A stretch of 64,000 bases of DNA from an uncultured delta proteobacterium. Lineage in GTDB: Bacteria; Myxococcota_A; Polyangia; Haliangiales; Haliangiaceae. Both the position numbers and the translations under genes were made by a program. This document shows, piece after piece, positions 50,939-63,439 of this stretch (positions are counted from its first letter, which is position 1; every line of letters starts with the position of its first letter). The DNA lies in assembly GCA_963848295.1 (NCBI GenBank), contig CAWKDB010000010.1:3552001-3616000 (forward strand), in the 5' to 3' direction. The notes beneath the pieces were generated by a model, which saw only the letters and a program-made list of their open reading frames with translations, did no database searches and had not been told where the DNA came from.

Positions 50939-53668
50939 TTGGAAGTACTCGACGGGACCGAGGACGAGCAACCAGGCAAGCCGATCGTCGTCTGCGTGGA
51001 CGACGATCAGATGAACCTCAACGCGCTAACCCGCGTCCTGAGCTCGAAGTGCACGGTGCTTGCGGCCCGCTCGGGCGCAGAAGCGCTCGAGCTCCTCGGC
51101 GAGAATCCCGAGGTCGCCGCGGTGCTCGCCGATCTGCGCATGCCCGGGCTCGCCGGGTCGGAGCTGCTCGGCCGCGTCGCGCAGCTCAGGCCGCACGTGC
51201 GGCGCGCGGTCGTGACCGGCTATCCCGAGTCCGAGGAGCTGATCAACGCGATCAACGCGGGCCAGCTCCACTACGTCATCACGAAGCCGTGGAAGCTCAA
51301 CGATCTGCTCCAGGTCGTCGACCAGCTCGTGACGACGTATCGGCTCGAGCGCGACAATCACCGGCTCGTCGGCGAGCTGCGCGTCGCGAACACCCACCTG
51401 CGCGATCACGAGCGACTGCTCGAGGCCCAGCTCGACGAGCGCGGACGCGAGATCTCGGCGGCAACCGAGCAGCTCGCGCAGATGGGGCATCAGCTCGACG
51501 CGCTGACGCTGCGCGATCCGCTGACCGGCTTGTACACGCACCGCGCGTTCCAGGAACGCTTGCGCGAGGAGGTCGCGCGCGCGCTGCGCTACAGCCAGCC
51601 GATGTCGCTGCTGCTGTGCGATCTCGACGGCTTTGCGAGTGTCAACCACGACCTCGGCTATCAAGCCGGCGACGACATCCTGCGGCGAATCGCGCTCGTG
51701 CTCCAGGAGGACGAATCGCCCGATCGCGCTCGGCTGTCCGACGTCGTCGCGCGCTACTCCGGCGAGGAGTTCGTGCTGCTGTTGCCCGAGACCGCGAAGG
51801 CCGGCGCGCTGATCAAGGCGGGCCGGTTACGCGATGCGGTCGCGGTCGCCGATATGCCGGCGGGCCGCAAGCTATCGATGTCGATCGGCGTCGCGTGCTT
51901 GCCCGAGGACGCCGCCGACCCCGAAGGTTTATTGACCGCCGCCGAGGCTGCGATGCGCGGTGCGAAGCGCGGTGGCTTGGGCCGCGTCCACTTCTTCTCG
52001 AGCGCCGATGCGAATCCGGCGACCGCATCGACGCGTTCGTTCGGCCGCGTTCGCGATGCCGAGATCGATCGGTTCCGGCCGTACCAAGAGCGGATGAACG
52101 AGGTCACCGCGATCCTGCATCGCGATCGCTCGCTGTCGTGCCTGCTCGTCGATCTGTCGCGCCTGCACAAGGTCGAGCTCGACCTCGGCGTCGCGCACCA
52201 CAGCGAGATCTACGATCACGCCGCGGCGGTGCTCGATCGGCTGCGCGGCGCGGTGCTCGATCCGGCCGACTTGATCTGCCGGTCGGGCGACGGCGACGGC
52301 TACTTCGTGATCCTCGCGCCGCGCGGCGCGCATCGCATCGACCTCGAAGGCCTGGCGGCCACGGTCGAGCGCGCGGTCGAAGAGTCGCTCGCGCCGATGG
52401 TGACCGAGGTGCTGCGCGAGCAACCGCGGATCACGGTCGGCTCGGCGCGCGTGCTCGGCAACTCGCTGTTGCGGCCGGAGCGGCTCACCGCGCGGTTGTT
52501 CACCGACGCCGCCGACAGCGCGCGCAACTTGCGCGAGCGCAAAGCGCATCGCGATCGCGCGACGCTGCAAGACGTCATCCTCGGCGACGGCTTGTCGTCG
52601 GTGTACCAGCCGATCGTCGACCTCGGCACCGGCGACATCTTCGCGTACGAGGCGCTGAGCCGCGGTCCGCGCGGGACCTCGCTCGAGTCGCCCGCGACGC
52701 TGTTCGCGATCGCCGACGAGGTCGATCTCACGGTCGAGCTCGATCGCGCGTGTTTCCGCGGCGCGCTGCGCAACGCGCAAGCGCTCGAGCCGGTCCATCG
52801 CTTGTTCGTCAACCTCCTGCCGATGTCGTTCTACGACACCGCGTTCATCGAGATCGAGGTCGGCAACTTGCTGACCGCCGCGGGCCTGACGCCGGCGAAC
52901 ATCGTGTTCGAGATCACCGAGCGGCTCGCGATCGAGAACTTCGCTTCGTTCAAGCGCGCGCTCGGCGCCTACACCGCGATGGGCTTCGGCATCGCGATCG
53001 ATGACGTCGGCACGCGCCACTCGAACCTCGAGACCGTGATGTCGCTGCGCCCGCACTTCATCAAGATCTCCGACGTCCTCGTCCGCGGCATCGCGCGCTC
53101 GACCGTGAAGCGCGAGATGTTGCGCTCGCTCCGCCACATCGCGGAGACGATCGACGCGGTGATGGTCGCCGAGGGCATCGAGCATGTCGACGACGTCCAG
53201 GCGATCCGCGAGATCGGGTTGCGCTACGGCCAGGGCTATTACATGGCGCGCCCCGGGCCCGCGTTCCCGACGCTCGCCGATCACGTTCGCGCCGAGCTGC
53301 GCAACCTGACGCCGGGGGGCGAGCGCTCGGTCGTGCGCGTGGTGTCGCACGACGAAGAAGACGACGAGGATCGCGACCTGCCGATCCCGCAGGCCGCGGG
53401 CAGCTCGCCGTCGACCCCGGTGCCCCGCAACGTGTTCGGCCGCCACGAAGACGAGATCACCTCCGACTTCGCGCTCCCCGCCGAGCTCCGGCCGCGCCCG
53501 CGCGCCTCCGAGCCTCCTGCCGGCAGCGACCCGCCGACCGAGCCGCCGTGGAAGCCGCTCAGCGATGACGAAGCAACCGGCGAGGCGCTACTTTCGAGCT
53601 TGCAGGGCCCCGGGGGCGAAAACGCACCCGGTGGCGAGCCACCGCCTGGTCGTCCCGGGCTAAACTGA
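50939..53668 (+). CDS. REC-GGDEF-(degenerate GGDEF-like)-EAL c-di-GMP enzyme
   Basis: VDDD, ADLRMP, TKPW; DPLTGL, DLDGF, RLSD..SGEEF; YQPIV, YEALSRG, FEITE, DDVGT, VAEGIE, QGY; TTG after GGAGG. Confidence 0.92.
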   Translation: MEVLDGTEDEQPGKPIVVCVDDDQMNLNALTRVLSSKCTVLAARSGAEALELLGENPEVAAVLADLRMPGLAGSELLGRVAQLRPHVRRAVVTGYPESEELINAINAGQLHYVITKPWKLNDLLQVVDQLVTTYRLERDNHRLVGELRVANTHLRDHERLLEAQLDERGREISAATEQLAQMGHQLDALTLRDPLTGLYTHRAFQERLREEVARALRYSQPMSLLLCDLDGFASVNHDLGYQAGDDILRRIALVLQEDESPDRARLSDVVARYSGEEFVLLLPETAKAGALIKAGRLRDAVAVADMPAGRKLSMSIGVACLPEDAADPEGLLTAAEAAMRGAKRGGLGRVHFFSSADANPATASTRSFGRVRDAEIDRFRPYQERMNEVTAILHRDRSLSCLLVDLSRLHKVELDLGVAHHSEIYDHAAAVLDRLRGAVLDPADLICRSGDGDGYFVILAPRGAHRIDLEGLAATVERAVEESLAPMVTEVLREQPRITVGSARVLGNSLLRPERLTARLFTDAADSARNLRERKAHRDRATLQDVILGDGLSSVYQPIVDLGTGDIFAYEALSRGPRGTSLESPATLFAIADEVDLTVELDRACFRGALRNAQALEPVHRLFVNLLPMSFYDTAFIEIEVGNLLTAAGLTPANIVFEITERLAIENFASFKRALGAYTAMGFGIAIDDVGTRHSNLETVMSLRPHFIKISDVLVRGIARSTVKREMLRSLRHIAETIDAVMVAEGIEHVDDVQAIREIGLRYGQGYYMARPGPAFPTLADHVRAELRNLTPGGERSVVRVVSHDEEDDEDRDLPIPQAAGSSPSTPVPRNVFGRHEDEITSDFALPAELRPRPRASEPPAGSDPPTEPPWKPLSDDEATGEALLSSLQGPGGENAPGGEPPPGRPGLN

Positions 53669-53710
53669 CGCGTGCGCCCTCCCGCGTCGTGGTAGTGGGC
53701 GCGAGATCAC

Positions 53711-54790
53711 ATGGATCGCAACGCGTTTCACAAGCTCCTCGCGTTCGGTATCGAGCGCGGTGTCTCGGACATTCACTTCGAGGTCGGCTATCCGCCGCAC
53801 TATCGCCTGCACGGCGAGCTGCTCGGCGCGATCAAGGTGCCGCCGCTCACCGCGTCGGACACCGAGGCGATCGCGCGGATGATCCTCGAGGATCGCAACG
53901 TCACCGTCGACTTCACCCGTCGGTTCACCGAGATCGACGTGTCGTACTCGCTCGCGTCGCGCGGGCGATTCCGCGCCTCGATCTTCCGCCAGCGCGGCTC
54001 GGTGGGCATCGTGATGCGCCTCATCCCGATCCAGGTGCTGTCGATCGAGCAGCTCAACCTACCGCCGATCCTCGCCGAGATCGCCGACGCGCGCCGCGGG
54101 CTCGTGCTGATCACCGGCGCCACCGGCAACGGCAAGACCACGTCGATGGCGGCGATGATGCGCTACATCAACGAGACCCGACACGCGCACATCGTGACGA
54201 TCGAAGACCCGATCGAGTTCATCCACGAGCCTCAGAAGTGCATGATCATCCAGCGCGAGGTCGGCGCCGATACCGAGAGTTTCAGCGACGCGATGACCGC
54301 GGCGATGCGCCAAGACCCCGACGTCATCATGGTCGGCGAGATTCGCGATCGCGAGACCGCTTCCACCTGCCTGAAGGCGGCCGAGACCGGCCACCTCGTG
54401 ATGTCGGCGATCCACACGCCGGATGCGGTCGCGACGATCCAGCGCTACGTTGGCTTGTTCGAGACCGAGGCGCAAGACGTCGTGCGCGATCGGCTAGGCG
54501 ACTGCCTGCAGGCGGTCGTGTCGCTGCGCCTGCTCGCCGGCAAGGACGGACGCCGCCGGTTGCCCGCGGTCGAGATCTTGCGAGTCACTCGGACGATTCG
54601 CGAGTGCATCCGCTCGGGGCGGCTCAACGACATCCCCGAGCTCGTGCGCAAAGGCCGCGACCTGTACTCGATGCAGCTGTTCGATCAGCACCTCATCGAT
54701 CTGGTCAACGCCGGCCTGGTCTCGATGGAGACCGCGATCTACGCCAGTTCGAACCCCGAAGAGTTCGAGCGCGCGCTCCGCGTCGAGTGA
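53711..54790 (+). CDS. pilT: PilT/PilU-family type IV pilus retraction ATPase (probable paralog)
   Basis: [50 protein letters not shown]. Confidence 0.88.
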   Translation: MDRNAFHKLLAFGIERGVSDIHFEVGYPPHYRLHGELLGAIKVPPLTASDTEAIARMILEDRNVTVDFTRRFTEIDVSYSLASRGRFRASIFRQRGSVGIVMRLIPIQVLSIEQLNLPPILAEIADARRGLVLITGATGNGKTTSMAAMMRYINETRHAHIVTIEDPIEFIHEPQKCMIIQREVGADTESFSDAMTAAMRQDPDVIMVGEIRDRETASTCLKAAETGHLVMSAIHTPDAVATIQRYVGLFETEAQDVVRDRLGDCLQAVVSLRLLAGKDGRRRLPAVEILRVTRTIRECIRSGRLNDIPELVRKGRDLYSMQLFDQHLIDLVNAGLVSMETAIYASSNPEEFERALRVE

Positions 54791-54796
54791 ATCGCG

Positions 54797-55246
54797 CTAG
54801 CGGCGCCGGCGACCGAGCTCGGCCGGCTGCTCCGCGGCCAGCGGCGCGAGCTTCGCGCGGATCCGCTCGAGATCGGTGAGGTCGCGCGCGTCGAGGTGCG
54901 ACTCGATCAACTTGGCGGTCTTCGTGTGAATCGCTTCGACCTGCTTGAGGAAGCGCCGGCCGAGCGGCGTCAGCTCGACGTAGGACTCGCGTCGATCTTC
55001 TTTACCCCGCTTGCGGCGAATCCAGCCCCGCCGGTCGAGCAACGTGAACGCCCGCGCCGCTGCCGATGGATCGACCACGGTCGCGCGAGCGAGCGCGGAT
55101 TGCGTCGCCGGTCCAATTTGCCCCAACTCGCGTAGCAGCGCGACCTGCGCGATCCCGAGCCCGAGAGGTGCCATCGCACGACAGGCCAGTAGCGAGACGA
55201 TTCGTTTCGTTTCCGAGAACGTGTCGATGAACGACTTGCCAATCAT
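54797..55246 (-). CDS. MarR-family transcriptional regulator
   Basis: TQSALA, LDRRGWIRR, EDRRESYVELTPLG; divergent from efflux operon. Confidence 0.9.
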   Translation of the reverse strand: MIGKSFIDTFSETKRIVSLLACRAMAPLGLGIAQVALLRELGQIGPATQSALARATVVDPSAAARAFTLLDRRGWIRRKRGKEDRRESYVELTPLGRRFLKQVEAIHTKTAKLIESHLDARDLTDLERIRAKLAPLAAEQPAELGRRRR

Positions 55247-55279
55247 TGGACGCGTCCACTAAATTACTGGACGCCTCCA
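55247..55279. promoter_or_regulatory. Tandem palindromic operators, probable MarR sites
   Basis: TGGACGCGTCCA (55247-58, perfect) and TGGACGCCTCCA (55268-79, one mismatch), 21-bp period. Confidence 0.8.
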
Positions 55280-56645
55280 TGATTTTCAACAACTCAATTC
55301 TCGTCACGGTTGCCTGTCTGGTAGGCGCAGCGTGGCCGAGATCAGCGGGAGCGCAAGCAGCCCCGCACGATGTTCCGACGTTCGTGCAGCCCGAGGTCTC
55401 GGACCCGATGCTGGCGCCGCCCGAGGCCGCGCCTGCCGAGGTCCATTCGTGGGACGAGGCGCTCGGCCTCATGCGGCGCTCGCCGGACTATCTCGCGGGC
55501 GTCGATGCGGTCGCGCGCGCCGTCGCGCAGCACAGGATCGCGCTCGCCGCGGTGTTGCCGACGCTCTACGGCGCTGGCTCGTACAACCACAGCTTCAACA
55601 CGCTCGAGATCCCGTTCGGCACCGAGACGCTCGTGTCACCACCGCCGACGATCTGGTCGATCGGAGCGACCGCGTCCTGGAACATCGTCAATCCGCGCGG
55701 CATCTACGGCCTCGGCACCGCGGACCTCGCGACCGATGTCGCGAATCTTTCGCTCGCCGATCGCCGCCGTTTGCTCGCGACATCGGTGGTGTCGGGCATG
55801 CTCGCGACGCTCGCGGCCGGCCGGGTCGCCGAGCTCGACCGCGTCGGCCTGCGGTCCGCGCTCGAGCGGCTCGCCTTGACCGAAACGCGCCTCAAGTTCA
55901 GCCGCGGGACGCAGCTCGACATCGATCGCGCGCAGCAGGATGTCGAGGCTGCCCGCGCGCTCTTGATCGGCGGCGACGAATCGCTGCGCCAGTCGCGCGA
56001 GGCTCTCGGCGAATCGCTCGGCTTGCCGACCGCGCTCGCCGCGCCTCCCGATCTCGACCTCGACGGCTTCGAGCAGGCCGTCGCGACGACGTGCCGCCTC
56101 GGCAAAGACATCGAGCAACGCCCGGACGTCGCCGCCGCGAAAGGCCGACTCGCGATCGCCGAGCGCGCGATCACCGACGCCAAGCTGCAATTCGCACCGT
56201 ACATCGGGGTCAGCTCGCAGGTCGGATATCAGAGCGCGACCACGCTCGGACCAAGCGATACGTGGAGCGTGACCGCGACGCTGACGCTGCCGCTGTACGA
56301 CGGCGGTGCTCGCTACGGTGCCCTGCGCGACGCGAAGGCCGCCGCCGACCAGGCGCAGCAAGCGCTGACCGCGCTGCGCGTCGATGCGATGTTCGAAGCC
56401 GCCCGGGCAGCGCGAGCGATCGGCGTCGACACCGCGGCGCGCGATGTCGCGAAGCAGCAACGCGATCTCGCCGCTCGGATCGATCAGCGGACGCGCGAAG
56501 GCTACGTCGACGGCGTCGGCACGAGCTTGGACCTCGTGACGTCGGCGCAAGCGCTGCGCGCCGCCGAGATCAACCTCGTGCTCCTCGACTTTCAGCTGGC
56601 GCAAGCGCGCGCCGGCGCGGTCCTCGTCGACTCGGAGTGTGTCTA

Positions 56646-56649
<4 letters not shown>
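55279..56649 (+). CDS. TolC-family outer membrane efflux protein
   Basis: Signal peptide; IEQRPDV, LPLYDGG, GVGTSLDLVTSA. Confidence 0.9.
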
Positions 56650-57896
<1,247 letters not shown>

Positions 57897-57899
57897 CGG

Positions 57900-60800
57900 A
57901 TGTCGGAGTTCTTCATCCGCCGGCCGATCGTCGCGATGGTGATCGCCATCGTCACGGTGTTGGTCGGCTTGGTCTCGCTGTTCGGGCTGCCGATCGCGCA
58001 GTTCCCGTCGATCTTGCCGCCGCAGATCAACCTGACGACGACGTACACCGGCGCCGACGCGCTCACGATCGAGCAATCGGTCGCGACGCCGATCGAGCAG
58101 CAGATGAACGGCGTCGATCGCATGCTGTACATCCAGTCGACCAACGCGAACGACGGGTCGATGAGTCAGATCGTGACCTTCGATGTCGGCACCGACATCG
58201 ATGTCGACAACGTGCTCGTCAACAACCGGTTCTCTCAGGCGCAACCGTTTTTGCCCGAGGACGTCAAGACGTTCGGGGTGACGATCAAGAAGTCACTCGC
58301 GTTCCCGTTGATGGTGGTCTCGCTGTACTCGCCCGACGGTCGCTACGACCCGGCGTTCCTATCGAACTACGCGCTGATCAACATCAACGACGCGTTGCTA
58401 CGCGTCCGCGGCGTCGGCGATATTCGCAACCTCGGTTCGTCCGACTACGCGCTGCGGGTCTGGCTCAAGCCCGAGCTGCTCGCGCGGCTCTCGCTCACGG
58501 TCGCCGACGTCCTGGCCGCGGTCCGCGCGCAGAACGTCGTCAACCCGGCCGGCCAGATCGGCGCCGAGCCGTCGCCGGACGGCCAGCAGATCACGTACAC
58601 GCTGCGGGCGCAGGGTCGACTGGTCGAGCCCGAGGAGTTCGGCGCGATCATCGTGCGCGAGAATCCCGATGGCTCGACCGTTCGCGTCCGCGACATCGCG
58701 CGGGTCGAGCTCGGCTCGCTCAACTACCAGCAATACGGCACGTTCGACGGCAAGCCGGCCGCGGTGGTCGCGGCGTTCCAATCGCCGGGGTCGAACTCGC
58801 TCGAGGTCGCGGAGCACATCCGATCGACGATGGCCGAGCTCGCCACGCACTTCCCGCCCGGCATCGCCTACAAGATCTCGCTCGACACGACCCGCTCGGT
58901 GACCGCGGGGATCCGCGAGATCATCGAGACGCTCGTCGAGGCGATCGGACTCGTCGTGCTCGTCGTGTTCATCTTCTTGCAGAGCTGGCGCGCGACGTTG
59001 ATTCCGCTGCTCACGGTGCCGGTGTCGCTCGTCGGCGCGTTCGCGGTATTTCCGTTCCTCGGCTTCTCGGTCAACACGCTGTCGCTGTTCGGCCTCGTGC
59101 TCGCGATCGGGCTCGTGGTCGACGACGCGATCGTCGTGGTCGAGGCGGTCGAGCATCACATCGAGCTCGGGAAGTCACCGCGCGACGCGACCCTCGCCGC
59201 GATGAAACAAGTGCAAGGCCCGGTGATCGCGATCGCGCTGATCTTGGCCGCGGTGTTCATTCCGGTCGCGTTCATGGCCGGCATCACCGGTCGGCTCTAT
59301 CAGCAGTTCGCCCTGACGATCGCGATCTCCGTGTTGATCTCCGCGTTCAACGCCCTCACGCTGAGCCCGGCGCTCGCGGCGCTGTTGCTCCGCCCTCGCA
59401 GCAAGAAGCGCAGCGTCCTGGGCCGGCTCGGCGACGGCTTCAATCGCGGGTTCACGCGCGCGACCAACGGCTATGTCGGCGTCAATCGGCGGCTCGTCCG
59501 CAAGCTGGTCATCCCGCTCGCGCTGCTGCTCGGCGTCGCGGGGGTCGCGGGCCTGATCGGCAAGAAGCTGCCTTCGGGGTTCATCCCCGACGAGGATCAG
59601 GGCTACGCGCTGATCGCGGTCCAGCTCCCCGACGGCGCGTCGCTGGAGCGGACCAAGGCGGTGTTCACGCAGATCGATCAGATCCTGGCGGCGCAACCGG
59701 GCATCGCGGACTACAACGGCGTCGCCGGCTATAGCTTCTTCACGCGCACCGCGGCGTCGTACACCGGCATCGCGTTCATCGCGCTCGAGCCGTGGGACGA
59801 GCGCGGTAGCGATCAGACGTCCGACGCGATCCTCGCGGCGATCAACAAGAAGTTCGCCCGGATCTCCGAGGCGCGCGTGATCGCGGTGTCACCGCCGGCG
59901 ATCCCCGGCATCAGTGCTGCCGGCGGCTTCAGCATGATGTTGCAGGACAAGAGTGGCGGGAAGTACGAGGTCCTCGCGCAGAACGTCCTCAAGTTCGTCG
60001 CCGCAGCGCGCAAGCGACCCGAGCTCGCCAACGTGCGGCCGAACTTCTCGCCGGCCGTGCCGCAGCTCTATGCCGATGTCGACAAGGAGAAGGCGCTCAA
60101 GCAAGGCGTCTCGATCACCGAGATCTACGCGACGCTCCAGACCTACCTCGGCGGCACGTACGCGAACGACTTCTCGCGGTTCGGCCGGCAGTGGCGCGTG
60201 TTCTTGCAAGCCGAGGCTGCGGATCGGATGACGCCGGAGGATCTCGGCAAGTTCTACGTGCGCAATGCTCGCGGCGAAATGGTCCCGCTCGACTCGTTCG
60301 TCAAGGTGCGCGCGATCAGCGGGCCCGAGTACACGGTGCGGTTCAACTTGTATCGCGCGGTCGAGATCCTCGGCCAACCGGCCCCCGGCTACAGCTCCGG
60401 ACAGGCGCTCGACGCGCTCGAAGACGTGGCGAAGCACACGCTGCCACCCGAGATGGGCTACGCGTGGAACGCGCTGTCCTATCAGGAGAAGGTCGCCGCG
60501 GGCGGCACGACCAAGACGCTCGGGCTGTCGCTCGTGTTCGTGTTCTTGATCCTCGCGGCGCTCTACGAGAGCTGGTCACTGCCGTTCAGCGTGCTGCTCG
60601 CGACACCGGTCGCGGTGCTGGGCGCGTTCCTCGGCTTGTTGTCGCGTCACTTCGACAACAACGTGTACTCGCAGATCGGCCTGGTCGTGCTCGTCGGGCT
60701 CAGCGCGAAGAACGCGATCTCTGATCGTCGAGTTCGCGAAGGACGGCTACGAGAACGGGCGACCGTTGATCGAAGCGGCGCTCGAAGGAGCACGCTTGCG

Positions 60801-61041
60801 GTTGCGGCCGATCCTGATGACGTCGTTCGCATTCATCTTCGGCTGCTTGCCGTTGTGGTCTGCGACCGGCGCGGGATCCGCGGCTCGGCGCGTGCTCGGC
60901 ACCGCGGTCGTCGCCGGGATGAGCGCCGCGACGTTGCTCGGCATCTTCTTCATCCCGTCGCTGTTCGTGTTCGTCGAGAAGCTCTCCGGCAGTAAGGACA
61001 AGCCTGCGGACTCGCCGGCCACGCCTCCGGACCGCCCCTAA
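57900..61041 (+). CDS. HAE1/AcrB-type RND permease (+1 frameshift ~60720)
   Basis: FFIRRPI, LPIAQFP, IGLVVDDAIVVVE, TLSPAL, DEDQG, GLSAKNAI/LIVEF, RLRPILMTS. Confidence 0.95.
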
Positions 61042-61052
61042 CAGGCTGCCCT

Positions 61053-61916
61053 CTACCTGCGAGCGGGTGCGCCGGCAGGCGCAGCGTGCGTCGCGGCCGG
61101 CGGCGGTGGCGGCGGCGGCGCCACTGGATGGTTCACGACCGCGGGCGGCGGCGGTGCGTGATAGACCGGCGGGGGCGGTGCAGGCGCACGCTCTGGGGCC
61201 GGTGGCGGCGACGGGCGATAGATCGGGGCGGGCGCGGGCTCGGGTTCGCGCGACACCGGCGGTTCGTTCTGCGCCGGTGGTTGAGCCGGCGGACGCACGA
61301 CGACGCCGGGCGGATCGATCGGATAGCTTCGAGGCGGCGGATCGTACGTGCGCACGCCGGTGATCGGCGGCGCGGTCCACTCGCGAGGTGGCCCGCCGCC
61401 GGTCGGCAGGCCGTTCGAGCTGCGCACGGGACGATTCGAGATCGGCCGATGCCAACCAGGTGGCGGCGTGACCGTCGTCGGCCGGCCACCCTCCGGCGCA
61501 CGCGCGCGCCAGCCCGGTGGAATGCGGTCGGGTCGCGACCAGTAACCGGGCGTGTAGCTGTAGTGGCCGCCGTTGTAGTCGTAGCTCGGCTGGACGTAGA
61601 CGTAGCCGGGTTGACGATGCTCCCATCGCCCACCGACCCACACCCACTCGTCGCCGTTCCAGTGCCAATAACCGTCGAGCCAGACGAAGCCGTCGCCCGG
61701 GGACGGCGTCATCGCGTCGTCGAGCGGATCGGGCGGCGGATCATCGACGTCTTGTTCGGCCGGCTCGCCGACCGTGACCTCGGCCGCGCCATAGCCCGAC
61801 GCGTAGCCGTACCCGTACCCAGGATTCACAGGTGATCCGTCGTGAACGACACACCCTTGCGTAGCGAGCGCGACGCCCGCGGCACCGATCCAGGTAGCTA
61901 TGCGACGCAAACGCAT
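61053..61916 (-). CDS. YXWGXW-repeat lipoprotein with Pro-rich tail
   Basis: ALATQGC lipobox; FVWLDGYWHW, WVWVGGRW, YTPGYW. Confidence 0.85.
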   Translation of the reverse strand: MRLRRIATWIGAAGVALATQGCVVHDGSPVNPGYGYGYASGYGAAEVTVGEPAEQDVDDPPPDPLDDAMTPSPGDGFVWLDGYWHWNGDEWVWVGGRWEHRQPGYVYVQPSYDYNGGHYSYTPGYWSRPDRIPPGWRARAPEGGRPTTVTPPPGWHRPISNRPVRSSNGLPTGGGPPREWTAPPITGVRTYDPPPRSYPIDPPGVVVRPPAQPPAQNEPPVSREPEPAPAPIYRPSPPPAPERAPAPPPPVYHAPPPPAVVNHPVAPPPPPPPAATHAAPAGAPARR

Positions 61917-61972
61917 GAACTGCTCACACTCTAGTTGACGGTGTACCCCGCCACAAGTACACAGAATCCGCG

Positions 61973-62971
61973 ATGAAAACGGTGTTCTCCGGCATCCAGC
62001 CCTCGGGCGACTTACACCTGGGCAACTACCTCGGTGCGAATCGCAACTGGGTGACGCTGCAAGACCAATACCGGTGCATCTTCTGCGTCGTCGACTATCA
62101 CGCGATCACGCAGGACTACGACGTCGTGGCGATGCCGAAGCGCGTGCACGAGATGGTCGTCGATCTGCTCGCGATCGGCGTCGATCCCGAACGCTCGACG
62201 CTGTTTCTCCAGTCGATGGTGCCCGAGCACACCGAGCTGTGTTGGGTGCTCAACGCGGTCACCGGCTTCGGCGATCTCGAGCGGATGACGCAGTTCAAGG
62301 ACAAGTCCGAGCATCAGCCCGACAACATCAACGCCGGCGTGTTCGACTATCCGGTGCTGCAAGCCGCGGACATCATGCTCTACAAGGCCGAGCTCGTGCC
62401 GGTCGGCGCCGATCAGCTCCAGCACCTCGAGCTCGCGCGCCGGATCACGCGCAGCTTCAATCATCGCTGGGGCGAGACGTTCCCCGAGTGTCAGCCGCTG
62501 CTGACGAACATGCCGAAGCTGCTCGGCCTCGACGGCAAAGCGAAGATGAGCAAGTCGCTCGGCAACCACATTCCACTGTCGGTGTTCGCCGCCGATACGA
62601 CCGGCAAGGCGCTATGGAAGTTGTTGGGGCCGGCCGTGACCGATCCCGCGCGGGTCACGCGCACCGATCCGGGCAACCCCGACATCTGCAACGTCTTCAC
62701 GATGCACAAGGCGATCTCGCCGCCCGAGGACATCGAGTGGGCCGCGAACGGTTGCCGCACGGCCGGCATCGGTTGCGTCGACTGCAAGAAGAAGCTCCAG
62801 GCGAACCTCACCGCGCACTTCGCCGGTTACGTCGAGCGCCGCGCCGAGCTGCTCGCGAAGCCGGAGCGGGTCACGCAGGCGCTCCAGGCGGGCGGCGAGA
62901 AGGCGCGCGCGATCGCGAAGCAGACGATGGCCGAGGTGCGCGAGCGATTGGGGCTATGGCACTCGCCCTAG
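61973..62971 (+). CDS. trpS: Tryptophanyl-tRNA synthetase
   Basis: FSGIQPSG.LHLGNYLG, MTQFKDK, YPVLQAADI, VPVGADQ, KMSKS. Confidence 0.97.
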   Translation: MKTVFSGIQPSGDLHLGNYLGANRNWVTLQDQYRCIFCVVDYHAITQDYDVVAMPKRVHEMVVDLLAIGVDPERSTLFLQSMVPEHTELCWVLNAVTGFGDLERMTQFKDKSEHQPDNINAGVFDYPVLQAADIMLYKAELVPVGADQLQHLELARRITRSFNHRWGETFPECQPLLTNMPKLLGLDGKAKMSKSLGNHIPLSVFAADTTGKALWKLLGPAVTDPARVTRTDPGNPDICNVFTMHKAISPPEDIEWAANGCRTAGIGCVDCKKKLQANLTAHFAGYVERRAELLAKPERVTQALQAGGEKARAIAKQTMAEVRERLGLWHSP

Positions 62972-63420
62972 GCACCCGGCGCTCGACCGTCGCTGCGGTC
63001 GCGAGTGCGCTCGCCGCGATGGCGCTCGCCGCGGCGGTCGCCGGTCGCAGCTGTCGGGTCAGCACGCCCGGGCCCGACGTCGCGGTGCGCGACATGTTGC
63101 AGGCGGCGAAGACCGGCGATCGCGACGTGGTCTACGAGCTGCTCGGGCCCAAGACGCGCGAGCGGCTCGAGCTCGAAGCGAAGCACGCGACCGATCTCGT
63201 CAGCGCGGCGGTCCGCTACAGCGCGAAGGATCTGATCAACATCGGCGCGAGCGATCCGAGCGCGGCCCCGACCGCGATCACCGTGCTCGAAGACCAGGGA
63301 GATCACGCGCTCGTCGAGGTCGTGGCCGCGAGTGGAGAACGCTCGCGCATCGAGCTGGCAAGAATTGACGGCGCGTGGCGGATCGAGCTGCCGCGCTACG
63401 GCAACGGTCCAGCGCCGTAG
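62956..63420 (+). CDS. Hypothetical membrane-anchored protein (NTF2-like end motif)
   Basis: 3' part of ORF 62074..63420; hydrophobic N-term, IELARIDGAWRIEL. Confidence 0.65.
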   Translation: MALALGTRRSTVAAVASALAAMALAAAVAGRSCRVSTPGPDVAVRDMLQAAKTGDRDVVYELLGPKTRERLELEAKHATDLVSAAVRYSAKDLINIGASDPSAAPTAITVLEDQGDHALVEVVAASGERSRIELARIDGAWRIELPRYGNGPAP

Positions 63421-63439
63421 CCCGTGCTATCACCGAGCG

